From Camelus dromedarius (taxonomy: Eukaryota), in contig NC_087436.1 of NCBI RefSeq assembly GCF_036321535.1, positions 76,820,001 to 76,884,000 on the forward strand: 64,000 bases of DNA, in the 5' to 3' direction. Under the pieces are notes generated by a model that searched no databases, had not been told where the DNA came from, and saw only the letters and a program-made list of their open reading frames with translations. The position numbers and the translations under genes are program-made. Below are positions 37,512 to 51,782 of the stretch, in pieces (position 1 is the stretch's first letter; each line of letters opens with the position of its first letter).

Positions 37512-40500
37512 CTGAAAATAATATATTAAAAAATGAAGCAAAAGAAAAACAAGCAAAGATCACAATAAACACTTCTCCAAAAAAGTGGCAGTTTTGCAAG
37601 TAAGGCTTCTTTAGTAAAGGAAAAAACTTGGGCTTTGAGGGCAGATAGCGCCTCACACTCTCTGTCATGTTAAGGAGTATTTAGTAATATCTGTATTTGA
37701 ACTGCGAAAAATAAAAGTACTGACAATATGAAATGTCTTGAAAAATCCAGGCATATTCTAGGCATTTTGATATGACAACAGATTTCTATCATATTTGTTT
37801 TACTAAATGCTAAGGAGTAAAACATTTTCCTTCATCCAAAAAAAAAAAAAAAAAAAAAAAAAACAAGGATTGAGTGAGTCAGCTTAAGTGAAAAAATATT
37901 TCTGAAGCACTCATCCCACCTCCCTAGAAGCTGGAAATTTTCTTTGTTACCTGAAAATTCCTAAAAGCACATTACTGAACCCATACTTATGGAAATGAAT
38001 ATTTCCTACTTTTGTCTACCAGAGTCAGAATTCTGATGAGCTAGTCACGTTCATGGCACTTTCTCACCCATCCAAACCCCAGCTCATTCTCTTGAATATT
38101 GTAGATACTTAATACATATATGATGAACAAATGGGAGAATAAATGACTGGATGGATGGATGGATGATAATGGATTCTTGAGAGAGACAAAATAAAGGAAA
38201 ACCATAAAAAAATCTTTTTCATCGTCACTAATTAGTTATCTCAATGGAATTTGTCTAAAGAAGTATAACTACAATATTATGAGTTATTTTGTGTGTGTAA
38301 GTAAAAGACTCATTTTTCAGGTTTTTTAAATACAGGTTCTAGAGACCCCTTTAAAAATAAAGAAACCACAAGAATCTTGAGATAAATACAACAATGTTGC
38401 AAAAACAATCTAAAACAAACTCAAATTTTCTTTCTAAAATTTTAAATTTAACAGAACAAAGAGATCTGAATATATTATTTTCAGAATTTTAGTTTTTAAA
38501 TAGAAGTAAAAATATACCTTTCTAAATAAAAAAGTCTTGAAATGGTAAACTGAAGTATAATGTTTTAAATAAAACACGAAGAGCACCCACACTACTGAAG
38601 ATGAGAGATGAAAGATTAATTATAAAAAATATATTATCTGAACATCAAGAAACGTACTGGGATCACACACAAAATTACAGAATTTATATATATGTATATG
38701 CACACATATATATGCACATATTAAAACAAATGTCAAATATAGCAAAAAATTTATTTTGTCATGCTGTGAAGTTGTGTTTCAAATACTTGAAATAAATGAG
38801 TCATTAATCAGAGCCTCATTCACATTTTAAAAGTAACATAATGCTTATATTTTAATATTGTAATGAAAATGATTATCAGACAAGTTCTCCATCTCAAGAA
38901 GTTGCCAGAAAGAAACACAAGACAACTTTCAAAATATGTTCCTAATCTTCCTCCTTCCTAATTCAGTCATCTCTACCAATCCATGCTGATTTTCCCTTTC
39001 AATACTTGGTATAAAATCTACCTATTCTGAACCTAACTTTAACTTCAGTTTACTCTTTTTTTCTAAGGTGCCCCAACCGTATCCATACTCAACTTTTACT
39101 ACAACGAATAATTCTGTTTCTCAATGACATTCTACTTTAAAATAATTTTACTAACTTAATTTAATATTTTCACTTCTCAACCAGACTGAAAGTTTACGGT
39201 GCCCTATCACCATGTCTATTATCTATAATGTAACCCCCAACTTTGCACTTATTAGTGATGATAAGGCCTTTTACAAAGTAAGTGTTCAATACATTTTTCA
39301 ATCTCCATAGGAAAAAAATTCATCATTCCACAGATGATGGAGTAAATTACATAATTTATAAACTTGTTTTATCTAAATATTTATGTTTTAATACCTACAG
39401 AAACGACTTGAAACTAATTCTGTCTGAATGTAGATAAAAACCAAATATTTGGTGCTTCCCAGAAATGAGTGGCAGCGTGTCCTCAAGCATTAATGTTTGC
39501 TGCCAAAAGAGAAATGAAAAAGACAACTGAAATTCAACTTTACATAAACAGATTTTGCATGGTAAAAATTGCCTTCTCAGTTCAGTTCAGATTCAGCTCA
39601 CCATTACTTCTGAAGACCAGACAACACCAGCAGGAGACTCTAAGCTGAAAGCCTGGCCAAATGTGGGATTCAGAGTCTTTGGGAGGGTAGGGCTCTGCTA
39701 GCTTATCTCACTGGAAGAACAGAGCACCTCTTTTCTGCCCATACCTGCCACCATAATATTCTAAATTGCTCTGATGCATCATTACTTTTGAAGCGACACA
39801 GTCATAGAAGGAAAAGTGTTCCTTGCCCACAACCATTAACATCAACACATGTGAGTCCTGGTTGCTCACTTTCCAAGGTAACTACGTAATCTATCAGCCT
39901 CTCCTCCATTAACAAGGGTCACTTCGGGGGAAAAAATGGAAACCAAAACAAGACAGGGCAGATCTCAGGCCTTTGAAGGGCCCCAAGCAACTAAAAATAA
40001 GTTCTAAACTTCTCTGTTAGTAAATGGTTAACTAGAGGAAAACAGAATTATGTAGTAGGTTAAACATATAACTCACGGGGTAAAATGATAGAAAATAAAT
40101 GAGGAAAAATTGTCTCTGTTATAAAAATCAGCTCAAATCCAACAACATCTTAGAAGATCAGCTTTACTGAGTTTGGCTTTAACGTTATGTCTTCAACTAC
40201 AAGGCAGAGCAATCCTGGAACTACTTTGGTATTTGTTGTGAAGCTGTAGTCAAGGATGCTGCTGTCATGATACACAAAGTCCCCTATGAGGTCACAAGGC
40301 AGAAGCTCCTTGGCCACGCCTGAGTAATCACCAGACACTTCCTCCTTGTGCTCGCTACAACTCTGTAAACTCTTTCTTGCCCTGACAATCGGGAACCCCA
40401 CAGTACATTTCTCACTCATTCAGAAAATTCTATAAGTTCATATGGTGATCACACTGCTACATTCTCTTTTCAAAGAGCTCAACCTTTCTTTTTATATGTT

Positions 40501-41304
40501 AATAATTTTCTGTAATGTTATTATATTCTGTGTAGCTTCAAATACTTTCTGGAAAAGAGGCAGAATTTATACAAATAAACTGGGATATGAAACGTCTGCT
40601 TTTGCTGTTGTTGTTGCTGTTGAGCATCAGGGAACCAAAATCTATAATCAACTCTTTCTTCTTGTTTTTATAATTATATTGATTGAAAAGACAGAATGAA
40701 GGGGTCAGGGGAGGAGGCAAAAACACACTGACTCATTTTGTTTTCATCTATGAAATGAATACTTTCAGCTCTGTTAGTATCTCTCAGTTATCTCTTCTGG
40801 GTAGGGAAAGGAAGAAAGAAAAAGGGCAGAAGAAGGATAAGAAGACAAGAGATGAGAAGGGCAGGAAACAAGGCAACTACAACTGCCATACATGGCACGA
40901 CAGCAATGGCTTTTCTCCATCCGTAGGACATTTGGGATCATGGAAGGTGCGCATGATGTCATAGCTAAGATAAAGATACATTTTATAAACAATGGCATGA
41001 AAAATGGTTAGCAGCAAATTCTGACTTGCCCAACTAGCATAATTAAGGCATCATTTTAAGTACTTTCTGCTTGTGACTAAGGATGTACATTTATACATCT
41101 GTACAGTACTTAAACTTTTCATCCTAACTTTCCAGATTTCAAAGCTCTTCCCATATTTCAATCAGTCTGGATGTGTGTAGATTACCTACACACATCTGCT
41201 GAGCACCCCCTGCTTGTGAATACCGTGATCCTACGCGGTGACAGGAGAACGACTCACGCTTAGCCCCTGGCTACTCTCACACACATCTCTGCAGATGCTG
41301 TGTA

Positions 41305-41478
41305 GTACTCCACCTTGGCCGCACACTGGAACCACCTGAGGGGCTTAAAAAAAAAAAAAGAAAAGTTCTTCTGGACTCTAACTGAAGAGATTCTAATTTA
41401 CTTGGTGTGCGATGGGTCAGGGAACTTTTTGGAAATTCCCCAGGATATTCTAATGTGCAGCCAGAACTAAAAACCTCT
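41305..41478. mobile_element. MER5A-like hAT MITE
   Basis: ccttggccgcacactggaaccacctgagggg..gagattctaatttacttggt..tccccaggatattctaatgtgcagccag. Confidence 0.7.
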
Positions 41479-42821
41479 AATCAAGTCTAATTTACAGACC
41501 TTGCACGTGGTTGGAATGCTCTCTTCCTCACCTAATTTGTCAATTTTTCTATCGAAAGGGTTTTTAGGGTGACTAGGATAATCTTTTAAACTGTAAAATA
41601 CAGTTTCTGGGATGGTACGGCTTATCGTCAGAGAGAACATAAATTAATTTCAAGCCCTATCTCATTTTCTCATCTACAAAACAAGGATGAAAATACCTAC
41701 CCCATGGCCCACTGTGTGGACAAGACGGCACATAACAAGCACTGAGTTAGCTGTCGCTACTGTCGTTGTTACCGCTGGTACTGGTCATTCCCCCGTTAGT
41801 AGGATTTTGTTCACCCAGTTTACTTTCTTCTTGATTCCAAAGAGAGCTCACTCGGCAAATTGAGGGTTGAAAAATTTTGATACAGAGACCAGAAAGGAGG
41901 AGAGAAAGGGAAAGAGAAAAGAGGAAAGAAAGTGTTATACTGAAGCTTTGGTGAGGAGAAGGCCCTAGAAAGGAATTACATGGAAAGACAGAGGATAAGG
42001 TAGGAAGACTCAGGGGTTGGAGCAAATAAAAGATGAACCGAGACTTTGACTCTGCAACTGTTAAACTGTGTAACCACCAGCACTTGGGCGGTTTCCTGGA
42101 GCTCGGTTTCTATAGTCATAAAAGTAAATAAGAATGCCTGTTCCAGTGGAGTTTGGACTCACTCACTCTACAAATATTTATTAGGTGCCTACTATGATGT
42201 TTATAATATAATGTTATTTGGCAGCACTGAGAATTCAGAAGGTAGTGAGTGCCTGGACAGAAGACAAATTAGAGGATATTAAAGGAGAGAGACAGGAGAA
42301 AGGATATGAGTAGTGCCCCAATTAAAAATATATATATTTTAGGAAAACTGTAGTCATTTCTAATAAATGAAATTTTGACTCTCATATTGTACTAGCAAAG
42401 TATTTCTACATATTGTTCTTAAGTCCTTGAGAGTTTGAATACAATAACACTATTCAAAATCATGGAGGTAAAGGAAATGTATCAAGATCTATTCCAACCT
42501 AACTCAAGGAAATAATGGTAATGTTAAAATAATAAAAGTAAAAGCAAATGTATAAATGTTGTTAATAAAGAAATAGTTTTAATTTATACAAATGAATTAG
42601 AGGGATGAGAGGGAGAGGCTAAAAATAAATAATAAAAGTAAAGGATACTTATTCAAAATTTACTGATATGGGTTATGGGTTACATGAGAATCTGAAGAAT
42701 ATTGCCAGAATTACCAGTCTAATTTGTTACTTTGGTTATATACAAGTTTTTTTTCCCTCTAAGCTGGTGTGTTTATTTCTGAAATTCATCTTTGGGATTT
42801 CATTATTCCTTTCATATAAAC

Positions 42822-44013
42822 TATGGTAGATAATCTCTAAATATGGCCTCTGTCAATTCCTTCCCACTCTCTATGTGCCCCTCTCCCATCAAGAGACAGA
42901 ATTTATCCCCTATCCCCTTGAATTACTGTGTGGCAATAGAATCAGGCAGAAATAATGTTCTTAGATATGAGTTCAACCCCTAAGAGAACTGGAGACTTTG
43001 CTTCCTTACTCTTACAATTCTTGCTCTTGGCGTGCTCTCTCAGAACCCAGTCATCATGCTGTGAGAAGCCTGTGCCCCGTGCAGAGATCACACGGAGGAG
43101 AACCAAGTTATTCCACTAAACAGCTCTAGCTGAGCCCCAGGATCTACGGCCAGCCGCTGTGACTACAGCACCAGGTGACATCAAGTGGGGCAGAGAAAGC
43201 CCCGAGCCGAGCCACTGGCCCACAGAATCATGAGCGACAACAAACTTGCTGTTTGAAACACTAAGTTTGGGGGTGTTTTTCACGATCACTGTGCCAGTTG
43301 CAGGTCTAAACCTTAAAAAGGCAAGGGAGTTTCCTCTTTGTGCCCTTGGGAGCTAGCTGCCACATAAAAACTTAGACTACCTGAGACCACAGTTAGGGGG
43401 GGGAAGCCCAACCCAGCCATGTGCAAAAGCCACACAGAGGAGAACAAAGACTCTGGTCAACAGTCCCAGCTGAGCCCCAAGACACTAGCTGGGGCCAGCA
43501 CCAACACCAGCCCCAACTTGCCAACCGTGTGAGTGAGGTCATTTCAACTCTTCTAGCCATCCCAGCTTCCTGGTTGACAACCCAGGAAGCCTAAGAGCTG
43601 CCCGTTCAAAGCACAGTATTGTGAGAAACAATACATTCTATTTATACCCCTAATTTGGGGGTAATTAATGATGCAGAAATAGATAACCAAAATAGGCATC
43701 GGGACTAGGGTAGGAGCTAAAGGAGTAGGACCTTGAGGAGACTCATAATAAAGCCTGGAAGGGCAGTGAGCAAATTGTAATCGGAGGCTCAGTTTAATGG
43801 TTATGTCTGCTGCATTCTACTGGTTAAAGAAAGCCATGGCCCAGCCCAGATTTTTAAAATTATATGTCTAAAAAAATATTGATTTTACATACATATATGA
43901 TATATATATTATACATATTACATTTATATAATTATATACACATGTATGTAATATACATGGGTATCTATGTAGTTGGTGCTTCATTGGAGGCTGCAGAATA
44001 ACAGTCTACCACA
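42822..44013. mobile_element. Cluster of MaLR (MLT1-type) LTR pieces
   Basis: Two + strand LTR 3' ends (cactaagtttggggtg; aatttgggggtaatt..gcagaaatagataaccaaaata) plus an inverted piece ending agtctaccaca. Confidence 0.65.
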
Positions 44014-45929
44014 AAAGCAAAAAGCTTCGTTTGTCTATGCTACCACATGCCAATTTAGGTAACGGCATAAGAATAAATGTTACAGGTATTTACATCATAG
44101 GTCAGTTCTGTTCTTTATTCTCAAGAGATCGTTAGCCAGGGACATTAGTTCTTGCAATAAAAAAAATTGTAAACAAAATGCAGGAGTACACAAGAATTTT
44201 ATAATGATTAGCCAGTTACATAACATCATTAAATGTTTATTTTAGAAGATAAAACTTAGTAAAGTGAGTAGAATATGAAACAAAACAATGTTCTCAGGAT
44301 GTTATTGATGTCTGTACAAAATTACTAATGATTTATAATCCACTTAGCATTGTACTTTACCTGAGCAATTACATATATAAAGCATTTAGCAAAATGTCTG
44401 ATACACATAGTATGTGCTCAATGAACTTCATCTACTACTTTTATTGTCTCCTTCCATTAACAAATCACAATATTAATCAGTCTGACAAAATTAGAAAAAA
44501 ATTATATAAAGGAAAATCTGTTCATGCATTCAAATATACCCAGCCTAGCTATCTATTTAATTGTGCTATTATATACTGCTATGCACAACATACTGCATGA
44601 AAGACAAATTGAAAAAAAAATGTTCCATACAAGTTCCTCAACTTAAAAATTTTTTAAAGGTTTCAAAAGAGGGAAAGATGATTTTCCAGACACAAACACT
44701 GCTAATACACTCTATTATCTCAATAACTTGTACTTCATATAAAAACTTGCTTATGGTTTCTTTAACATGCCACTCTAAGACCAATATATGCCAAGGTCTC
44801 TGTGGTCCAGAACCCAGACCAGTGAATCCAAAGTAACAAATGGTTCAAAAATATCTGCCTACAAAATGCTCCGCATGATCTGGGTTTTGAGGAAAGGTTT
44901 TCTCCAATTTAGTCTACACCTAGCAAAGTGTGGTACACAGCTAACGCCTCAAGTTCGTATCTACTGCGTTTTGTATATTTTTACACCATTTTCCCATTCA
45001 GTGCGAGGAGGAAGTGACCTTCATGTTTTGCCACTTCAGTGGGCCAGGTCTGTCTCCCAGGCATCAGTGACAATGTATTTAATTTTCTAGAACATACTCA
45101 TAAAGCAGATGTGGGACTTCACTGAAGTAACTATTCACATATCCACAGCTAGAATCTGAGTTGCTGCCATGCCCAGACTTCTCAGGATTAGCACAATGTG
45201 TAGCCAAAGCTGAGTCTTCTAAACAGGAGTAATTACTTCCCTAATAGAATCAAAATAAAAACAAAAACAACAACAGTAACTAGAGTCAGTGCCTCTCACC
45301 ATGTCACTGGTCTGTAAGAGAACAGAATACACTTAGAGGGTGTCTTTGAAGAATGACAAATTCTGACTAATTGTGAAAACTGGAGAAGAGGAACAGCGAG
45401 CCAGAGGCAGTGCAGCGGTTAAGTGCTCACGCACAGGAGTCAGAACTGGGCCTGAATCCTGGCTCTAACTCCTCAGCTGAGTCACTTTGGGCAAAGTCAC
45501 TCAACTTCTCTAAATTTCTGTTAGAGTTCTGGCACGCAATGATGAAAATGGTGATGATGGGGTCCACCCCAAATCCCATTTCAACCGCAGCCTCCTTCCC
45601 ACGCTGTCATCAGTTAGGCCTACGCATCACTATATGCATGTAACCATCCCTACCCTGCAATCTGGTGGGCATGATTAGCTCCTTTTAACACACATGGAGA
45701 CTGGGCAGCAAGAGAGGAAGTGACTTGTCCAGAGTCACACGGCTTGTATACAGCTGCTATGTCCCTCCTACCCAAGGCCCAGTCCTGGCGCTTTCACTTA
45801 ACAAGGAGCGTGTAGGACCCTCCAAGGTAACAGCTGGATATGCTCTACTTTCTACTCTTTTTAGCCCTGTAATTCCATTCTTATTGCAAGATAGTTATCT
45901 CTGGCTACAAAAGAAGTCAGTAACATTTC

Positions 45930-46510
45930 TTTTTAATTTCAACATTTGTTTAATTTTTTTCTTTTACAAATAATACATTATTGTTGAAATAAAACTGAAC
46001 AACCCAGAGGTATGGAAAACCAGGAAGGCTCTCCCCACCTTGAATCTCCCTGCTAAGACCATGTTGTTATTAGCAATTTGTTGCCCATCTTCCAGACCTT
46101 TTTCCATGCATTTATTCTCACACACACACCATAAAAACAGTTAAAATGTTTTCACCATTTTTATTTATCACCCTTAACAGAATGTTCTGAAACTTGCTTT
46201 TCTCAATTAGTATATTAGATAATTTTTCATGACATATGTGGATTTTCCAATTCTTTTCATGACTGTATAGCATCTCACTCTATGAATACACTCTGATTTA
46301 ATAATGAGCATTTAAATTTAATACAATTTTCATTATTATGAACAATGCTGCCGTGTTTAATTTTGCACAGACTTATCTTTGCCCAGTGGTGCTAGTATAT
46401 TAGTAGGATGTAGTCCTAAACAGTAGAATTGCTGATAGGAACCTTCAAAACTTTTAGATACTGAAAGTTTCCATGCAAAATGAATGAACTACTTTACAGA
46501 TTAACAATTC
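45930..46510 (-). mobile_element. Old L1 (L1M-type) fragment
   Basis: cttccagacctttttccatgcat; tgactgtatagcat; ttattatgaacaatgctgc; agtagaattgctg. Confidence 0.55.
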
Positions 46511-46888
46511 TTATAAAAAACTGTTTTATCACAAGTAAATTTTAATTCAGATTTAAAAGAATTAGGAGAAATCCTTTCAAATAAGAGAAATGTGTATATT
46601 ATTTATACTTTTCAATGTAAATTTAATCAATTGACTTCTCTTTAAATTCCTACAAATTTGCCTAAGAAATATTTTTTTCCTAAGTAATTGATTATTATTT
46701 TCAGGTCAAATAATTATGACTTTTTCAATTTGGGGACAAAGGTATTGAAAAGAGAGCTGAAAATGTTTATAACTGATCTGTAACAATAGGAATGAGAAAA
46801 TCAACAAATGTAAGTCATCACTTATTTCTCAAGGAGAGAAAGTACATGATAGAAGTTAATAACTCAGGTTCTAGAGTCAGACCAACTC

Positions 46889-47440
46889 AATCATTCGTTA
46901 ACAAATACTCACTGAGTATCTATTGTGTGCCAAGCTCTGTTCTAGGTATTAGATACATGGGTGAATAAGACAAAGAAGACCCCTCTGCTCTCATGCAGTC
47001 TGCACTAGGGTTACAGAGATAAAATAAACCAATTAATTAATTAAACAATTTCAGAAAGTGATAACCAAATAAGAGTATTGTGAGCCATTACTGGGAGGAT
47101 GGGGCAGAGTTCCTGTAGGCTTGATGGACAAGTGGGGCCTCTCAGAGGACGTGGTGCATGGCATGAGGCCTCAGTGACAAGACTGAGCCAGTCAGGGGAA
47201 GATCTGGGGCAGAGAAAGAGCAAAACTCCTGAAGTGGAAACAAGCTTGGCCTGTTGTGGGAATGGAAAGAAGGCCGGGGGCGAGACTGTGGCACACGATA
47301 TTGTAGGAGAGGACTGGGTGAGCAATCAGGTAGAGCTTTAAGGCCAATGGGAAGCGTGTGTCTTCTATGCTAAGCCATTAGATTGTCCTAAGTGTGAGAG
47401 TGGCATCATCTGCTTTACACTTTAAGAGACCATTCTGGCT
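46889..47440 (-). mobile_element. L2 fragment inserted into a MIR (MIR halves ~46840-46888 and ~47445-47635)
   Basis: tcattcgttaacaaatactcactgagtatctattgtgtgccaagctctgttctagg, flanked by MIR head (ttctagagtcagac) and MIR body (ccacttactaactgtgt..cagtttcctcatttgtaaa). Confidence 0.7.
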
Positions 47441-49054
47441 AATACACTCCTCACCACTTACTAACTGTGTCCTTTGATAAACTACATTACCTTTCTTAGC
47501 TTCAGTTTCCTCATTTGTAAAGTTGAAATAACAGTATTTATTACATGGAGTTGATATGAGGGTTAAGTGAAGTAATGACTGGAAAACATTTTGCATAATA
47601 TCTAGCACATAATAATTGTTCACTAAATGTTTTTAATTAAATCACTTTTATGCCATTAAGATTATATTGAACAGAACTAAGCATAATTCACTATCCCCAA
47701 TTATACAGCATAATACCTAAAAATATCCTTTAAAATTAGTCCTGATTTAAATTGTCTAATATTGAGAGGCTGGATATTTCCATATTGTACCAACACTTGG
47801 CACTTTTCCATACCTGATCCTATATAGAGCTCTGAGCTGTTCACATGTATGTGTACACCCCCTACTCTCACACACATGAGAGATTATTCATCCCTGTGTT
47901 ACCCCCAGGGCCCACAATGAACAATACACTGTGTATAGGGTAGGCAAAGCAGGTAGGTAGGGAGGTGGATGGATTAACAGATACACGAAGGATAAAACTC
48001 ACGGGGGCAAGAGAAGAAGAGAGTGTTTCAAATTAAAATAACAAAATAATAAAGTTTTAAAATCATGAGTATATAACATGTATAGCTGATCATTTCTTGC
48101 CATGTTTATTATTCTATTCATGCATCTACGTAGTACCGACCAGTACTTCCTGCTGAAACCCTAACAGAAGAGGTGGTTCTACACTGCCTTCCAATCTTGC
48201 TTCATATCTACTGAAAATATTTAGCAACACTCTGAGAAACATGAAGGAGGCACTTCTCATATTTACCAAGGTGCTTAAGAGTTATGAGCAAGAGAAAGAA
48301 AATTGTGAAACCTGCTGTATTTGACCTTTGCATTTCCTTTGCTCACATCTGTGAGTGTGACATACGACATCAAGAAAGTTCATACATAGAATTCCCCTTT
48401 CTAGGCTTTGAAAGAAGGATCCTCAATAGCTGTGAAAACATTTGTTTAGTGATCTTGCATCTAAATATGCAAATGGCTTCCACACACTTGAAAGTGTGTA
48501 ACAGATGGAAAGTGACCTTATATCCAAATACAGAGGACCATAGAAATTTGAAAAGTTACTAATTTAATTAAATAAAACTAGTAAAAGAACAACTAGGGTC
48601 AGGAAATAATATCCTTTAGTGGAGACTTTTCTGTGATACACAAAATACTTTTCTATGCATTGTCTTATTTTTGATCTTCACAACTCTTTTAAGAAAACAT
48701 GGTAGATTATGTCTGCAGTTTATAGACATAAAAACTGACACACTGCATTGATGATTTATCCCAAGTCTCTAAATCGATAAGTAGCAAAACTGGAACTCTG
48801 ACCCAGCCCTTCTTAGTGTACTTTCTGACACCCCAAACTAATTCAATAAGCCACAAATAGTGCAATTTACTAAAACTGAACTTATTTCTATTTAAAAAGA
48901 GACAAGGGAGCCAACTATATATAAAACAAGTTGAAAGTGCATTACTAAAATTCGTCCTGGAATATTATAAATCCTTTCTAACAAGACAATAATCCCTTTA
49001 TAGAAGCATAATTCCTCCCTGCTCATTAAAACACTACATATTCCCTAGCTGCAG

Positions 49055-49290
49055 GTAATAACAACAAAGCCTTCATCTCTTGAATTACATATATGCCAGA
49101 CTCTTCCTACATTCTCCACATTCACTGACTTCAGTTCTTACAACAACCTTATGAGGAAGGTATTGCTATCATCATCGTCATCATCATTACATAAATGGAA
49201 AAAAGGGAGGCACGAAGAGGTTAAGTAACTTGTCCATAACCATTCCGCTTGTAAATTGGTTCAGCAGCTTTTAGCTGCAATATTATGCTG
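49055..49290 (-). mobile_element. MIR SINE
   Basis: cttacaacaaccttatgaggaaggtattgctatc..gaggcacgaagaggttaagtaacttgtcc. Confidence 0.65.
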
Positions 49291-50843
49291 CCTCTTGAAA
49301 TGGAAGCCTCTTTATCCCATTCCAACTTCTTCCCTGTTAGATAGAGTCAGTGCTAAGGGAAGAATCTCTAATTGTGATTAACCATTTAAACCCTGTCCGC
49401 GCACGTCCACAGAATGCCAGCCTTGTCGACCAGTGACTACCCTTCATCAAAGTGCTGGAGGACCCACATGTAAAGTACCTAACAGAAAACCGGACACAGT
49501 GTATGCAGGTGACAATTGCTGAGTCCACTATGCATCTGGTATTACTCGAAATGCTTTTCTCTTTGTATGCACTCCATAAATGTTAAAACGGTTCTTTTTT
49601 TCTCCTAATGGAGAGACTGGATCAAAAGCTGTATCTTTGGAAATTAAGCTGGGCAATGGAGATAACTTCTTTTCAAGAAGGCAAGGACTGTTATGTAAGT
49701 GGATATAGAAAGCTGCTATATGCGGGTTGTTAGGGACTACTATTACTCTGGCCCTCGATGAGACCCAGATGCCCAGAGGAAAGTATGAAAGGAAGTGTCA
49801 GTGAGATGACTGAGGTTGTAAGCTGGACTGCTCACCTGCAGAGAGATGTCCTATCCAGGAAAAGTAAAACTTAAAGCACAAAAAAATCAGAAGTTTGATT
49901 GATTTGCTATGTCAATTCTGTGAATTATATATAAGTTATCTGCCTGAGTCCCTTTAAATATTATGCTTTCTTGACATTTTTAAAGAAAAACATTATTTAA
50001 AAAAACCCATATACACATAACTTTTCAGAAATCTACATATTATGCAAAACAAAGTACAACAATCTCTCTTGCTAAACTTACAGTTTGGAGAAATTTGATT
50101 TCCAAATGTTATTAACCCATTCATTTATTCAACAAGAATTGAGCAAAAACTATCTTGCATACTTTGTACTAACTGAAGTAAATACAAATATGAAGCAGAA
50201 TTATCTCCCTTCCCACTATGGAAAGCAACTATTCTTCAAAATATGTCAATGACCACTTCTAACTTGTCACAATGATGGATTCAAAGGCCATAGAAATGGT
50301 CATATGAAACACTGTAACATTGATTTGGGAAAAAAAATTTATATATAAATTTGAATTTATATATATGTGTGTGTATGTATGTGTGTCTGTGTACTTGAAA
50401 GCAAGTTCTTTTATAAAGGTAAACATATTCAACATCAGTGGACCTCAGAGTAAGACTGGAGATACAGGATGTCTACTCAATCCAGTAATATATCCAAATA
50501 GGTCCATGTCTTTCTCCTCCCTAATGTTCTTCAAATTCCTAGTTGATTAATATATTACATCTAAACAAGAAAATGGAGAACAACTTATAGTACCAGAGAG
50601 GGGGGAAGTTGGGAAGCAGTAAATACACACAACTAAGGCAGGGATCTGGGTTTCACTGCACATTGCACAGCCAATATGAATGATATTGATTTTCAGATTA
50701 TCGGCTCTTTTATATTACTCATACCTCCTTTCCCCTCTATTAGCGAAGAGAACTAAATTGTTTGTGCATTTGCTTGATTCCACTGAGAGACCTGAAGCAC
50801 CACTTCGAAATATCAATCATTCCTTCAAGATTAGTCTCTACTA

Positions 50844-50969
<126 letters not shown>

Positions 50970-51484
50970 TTAAAGCATTTTTAAAAGATATTTTGATACC
51001 ATACAGATGTATAGCTAGGGAGTCTCAATTAAAATCAGTCTCACTGAATAGTCCAGGCTTCTTTTAAATGGAACTCCCTAAGTGGATACACCAAGTCTGC
51101 TCAGCACTACTGCATTTGTCATTTTGGATTTAGTCAGTGCTTCTCAGTCCTCAAGCACTCCTCCCTGACCCATTGGATCATTTAGGGAGAGACTACCTGG
51201 AAAGATAAATTCTAGGTCAATGCAATATTCGTTTCTAGGAAGTGCTTCTTCCTTTGGAGTTCTACCTCACGTCCTGCAAGGAGGCCAGTCCCTTCAGAGT
51301 GATTATCATTAGTGCTATTTAGGGCTCGAGAACAGCCCATTTGATTAAATTGCCACAACGGTGAGAGGAGTTCCTACAAGTTATTCTGAAGTAAGAAAAC
51401 TAAAGAGTGTCATGGACAAAGTGAAAGAGATGAACAAAAGACATTTTTTGTGCTATGAAGTTACTGCAGTTTATCTCATTTCAC

Positions 51485-51782
51485 TTATTTTTTTTTATAT
51501 TGAAGTGTAATCATTTTACAATGTTGTGTTAATTTCTGGTGTTCAGCATAGTGATTTGGTTATATATATCTATATATTTCATATTCCTTTTCACCATAAG
51601 CTATTATAAGATACTGAATATAGTTCCCTGTGCTATACAGCAGAACCCTGTTATCTATTTTATATGTAGCAGTTAGTACCTGCAAATCCCAAACTCCTAA
51701 TTTATCTCTCCACCCATCCTCCCTTCCCCGACCCCTCGCCCGGTTAAGAATTAGTTTGTTTTCTATGTCTGTGAGCCTGTTC
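51485..51782 (-). mobile_element. L1 3' end (artiodactyl/camelid type)
   Basis: T tail, ttacaatgttgtgttaatttctggtg..cagcatagtgat..gaatatagttccctgtgctatacag..caaatcccaaactcctaatttatc. Confidence 0.85.
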
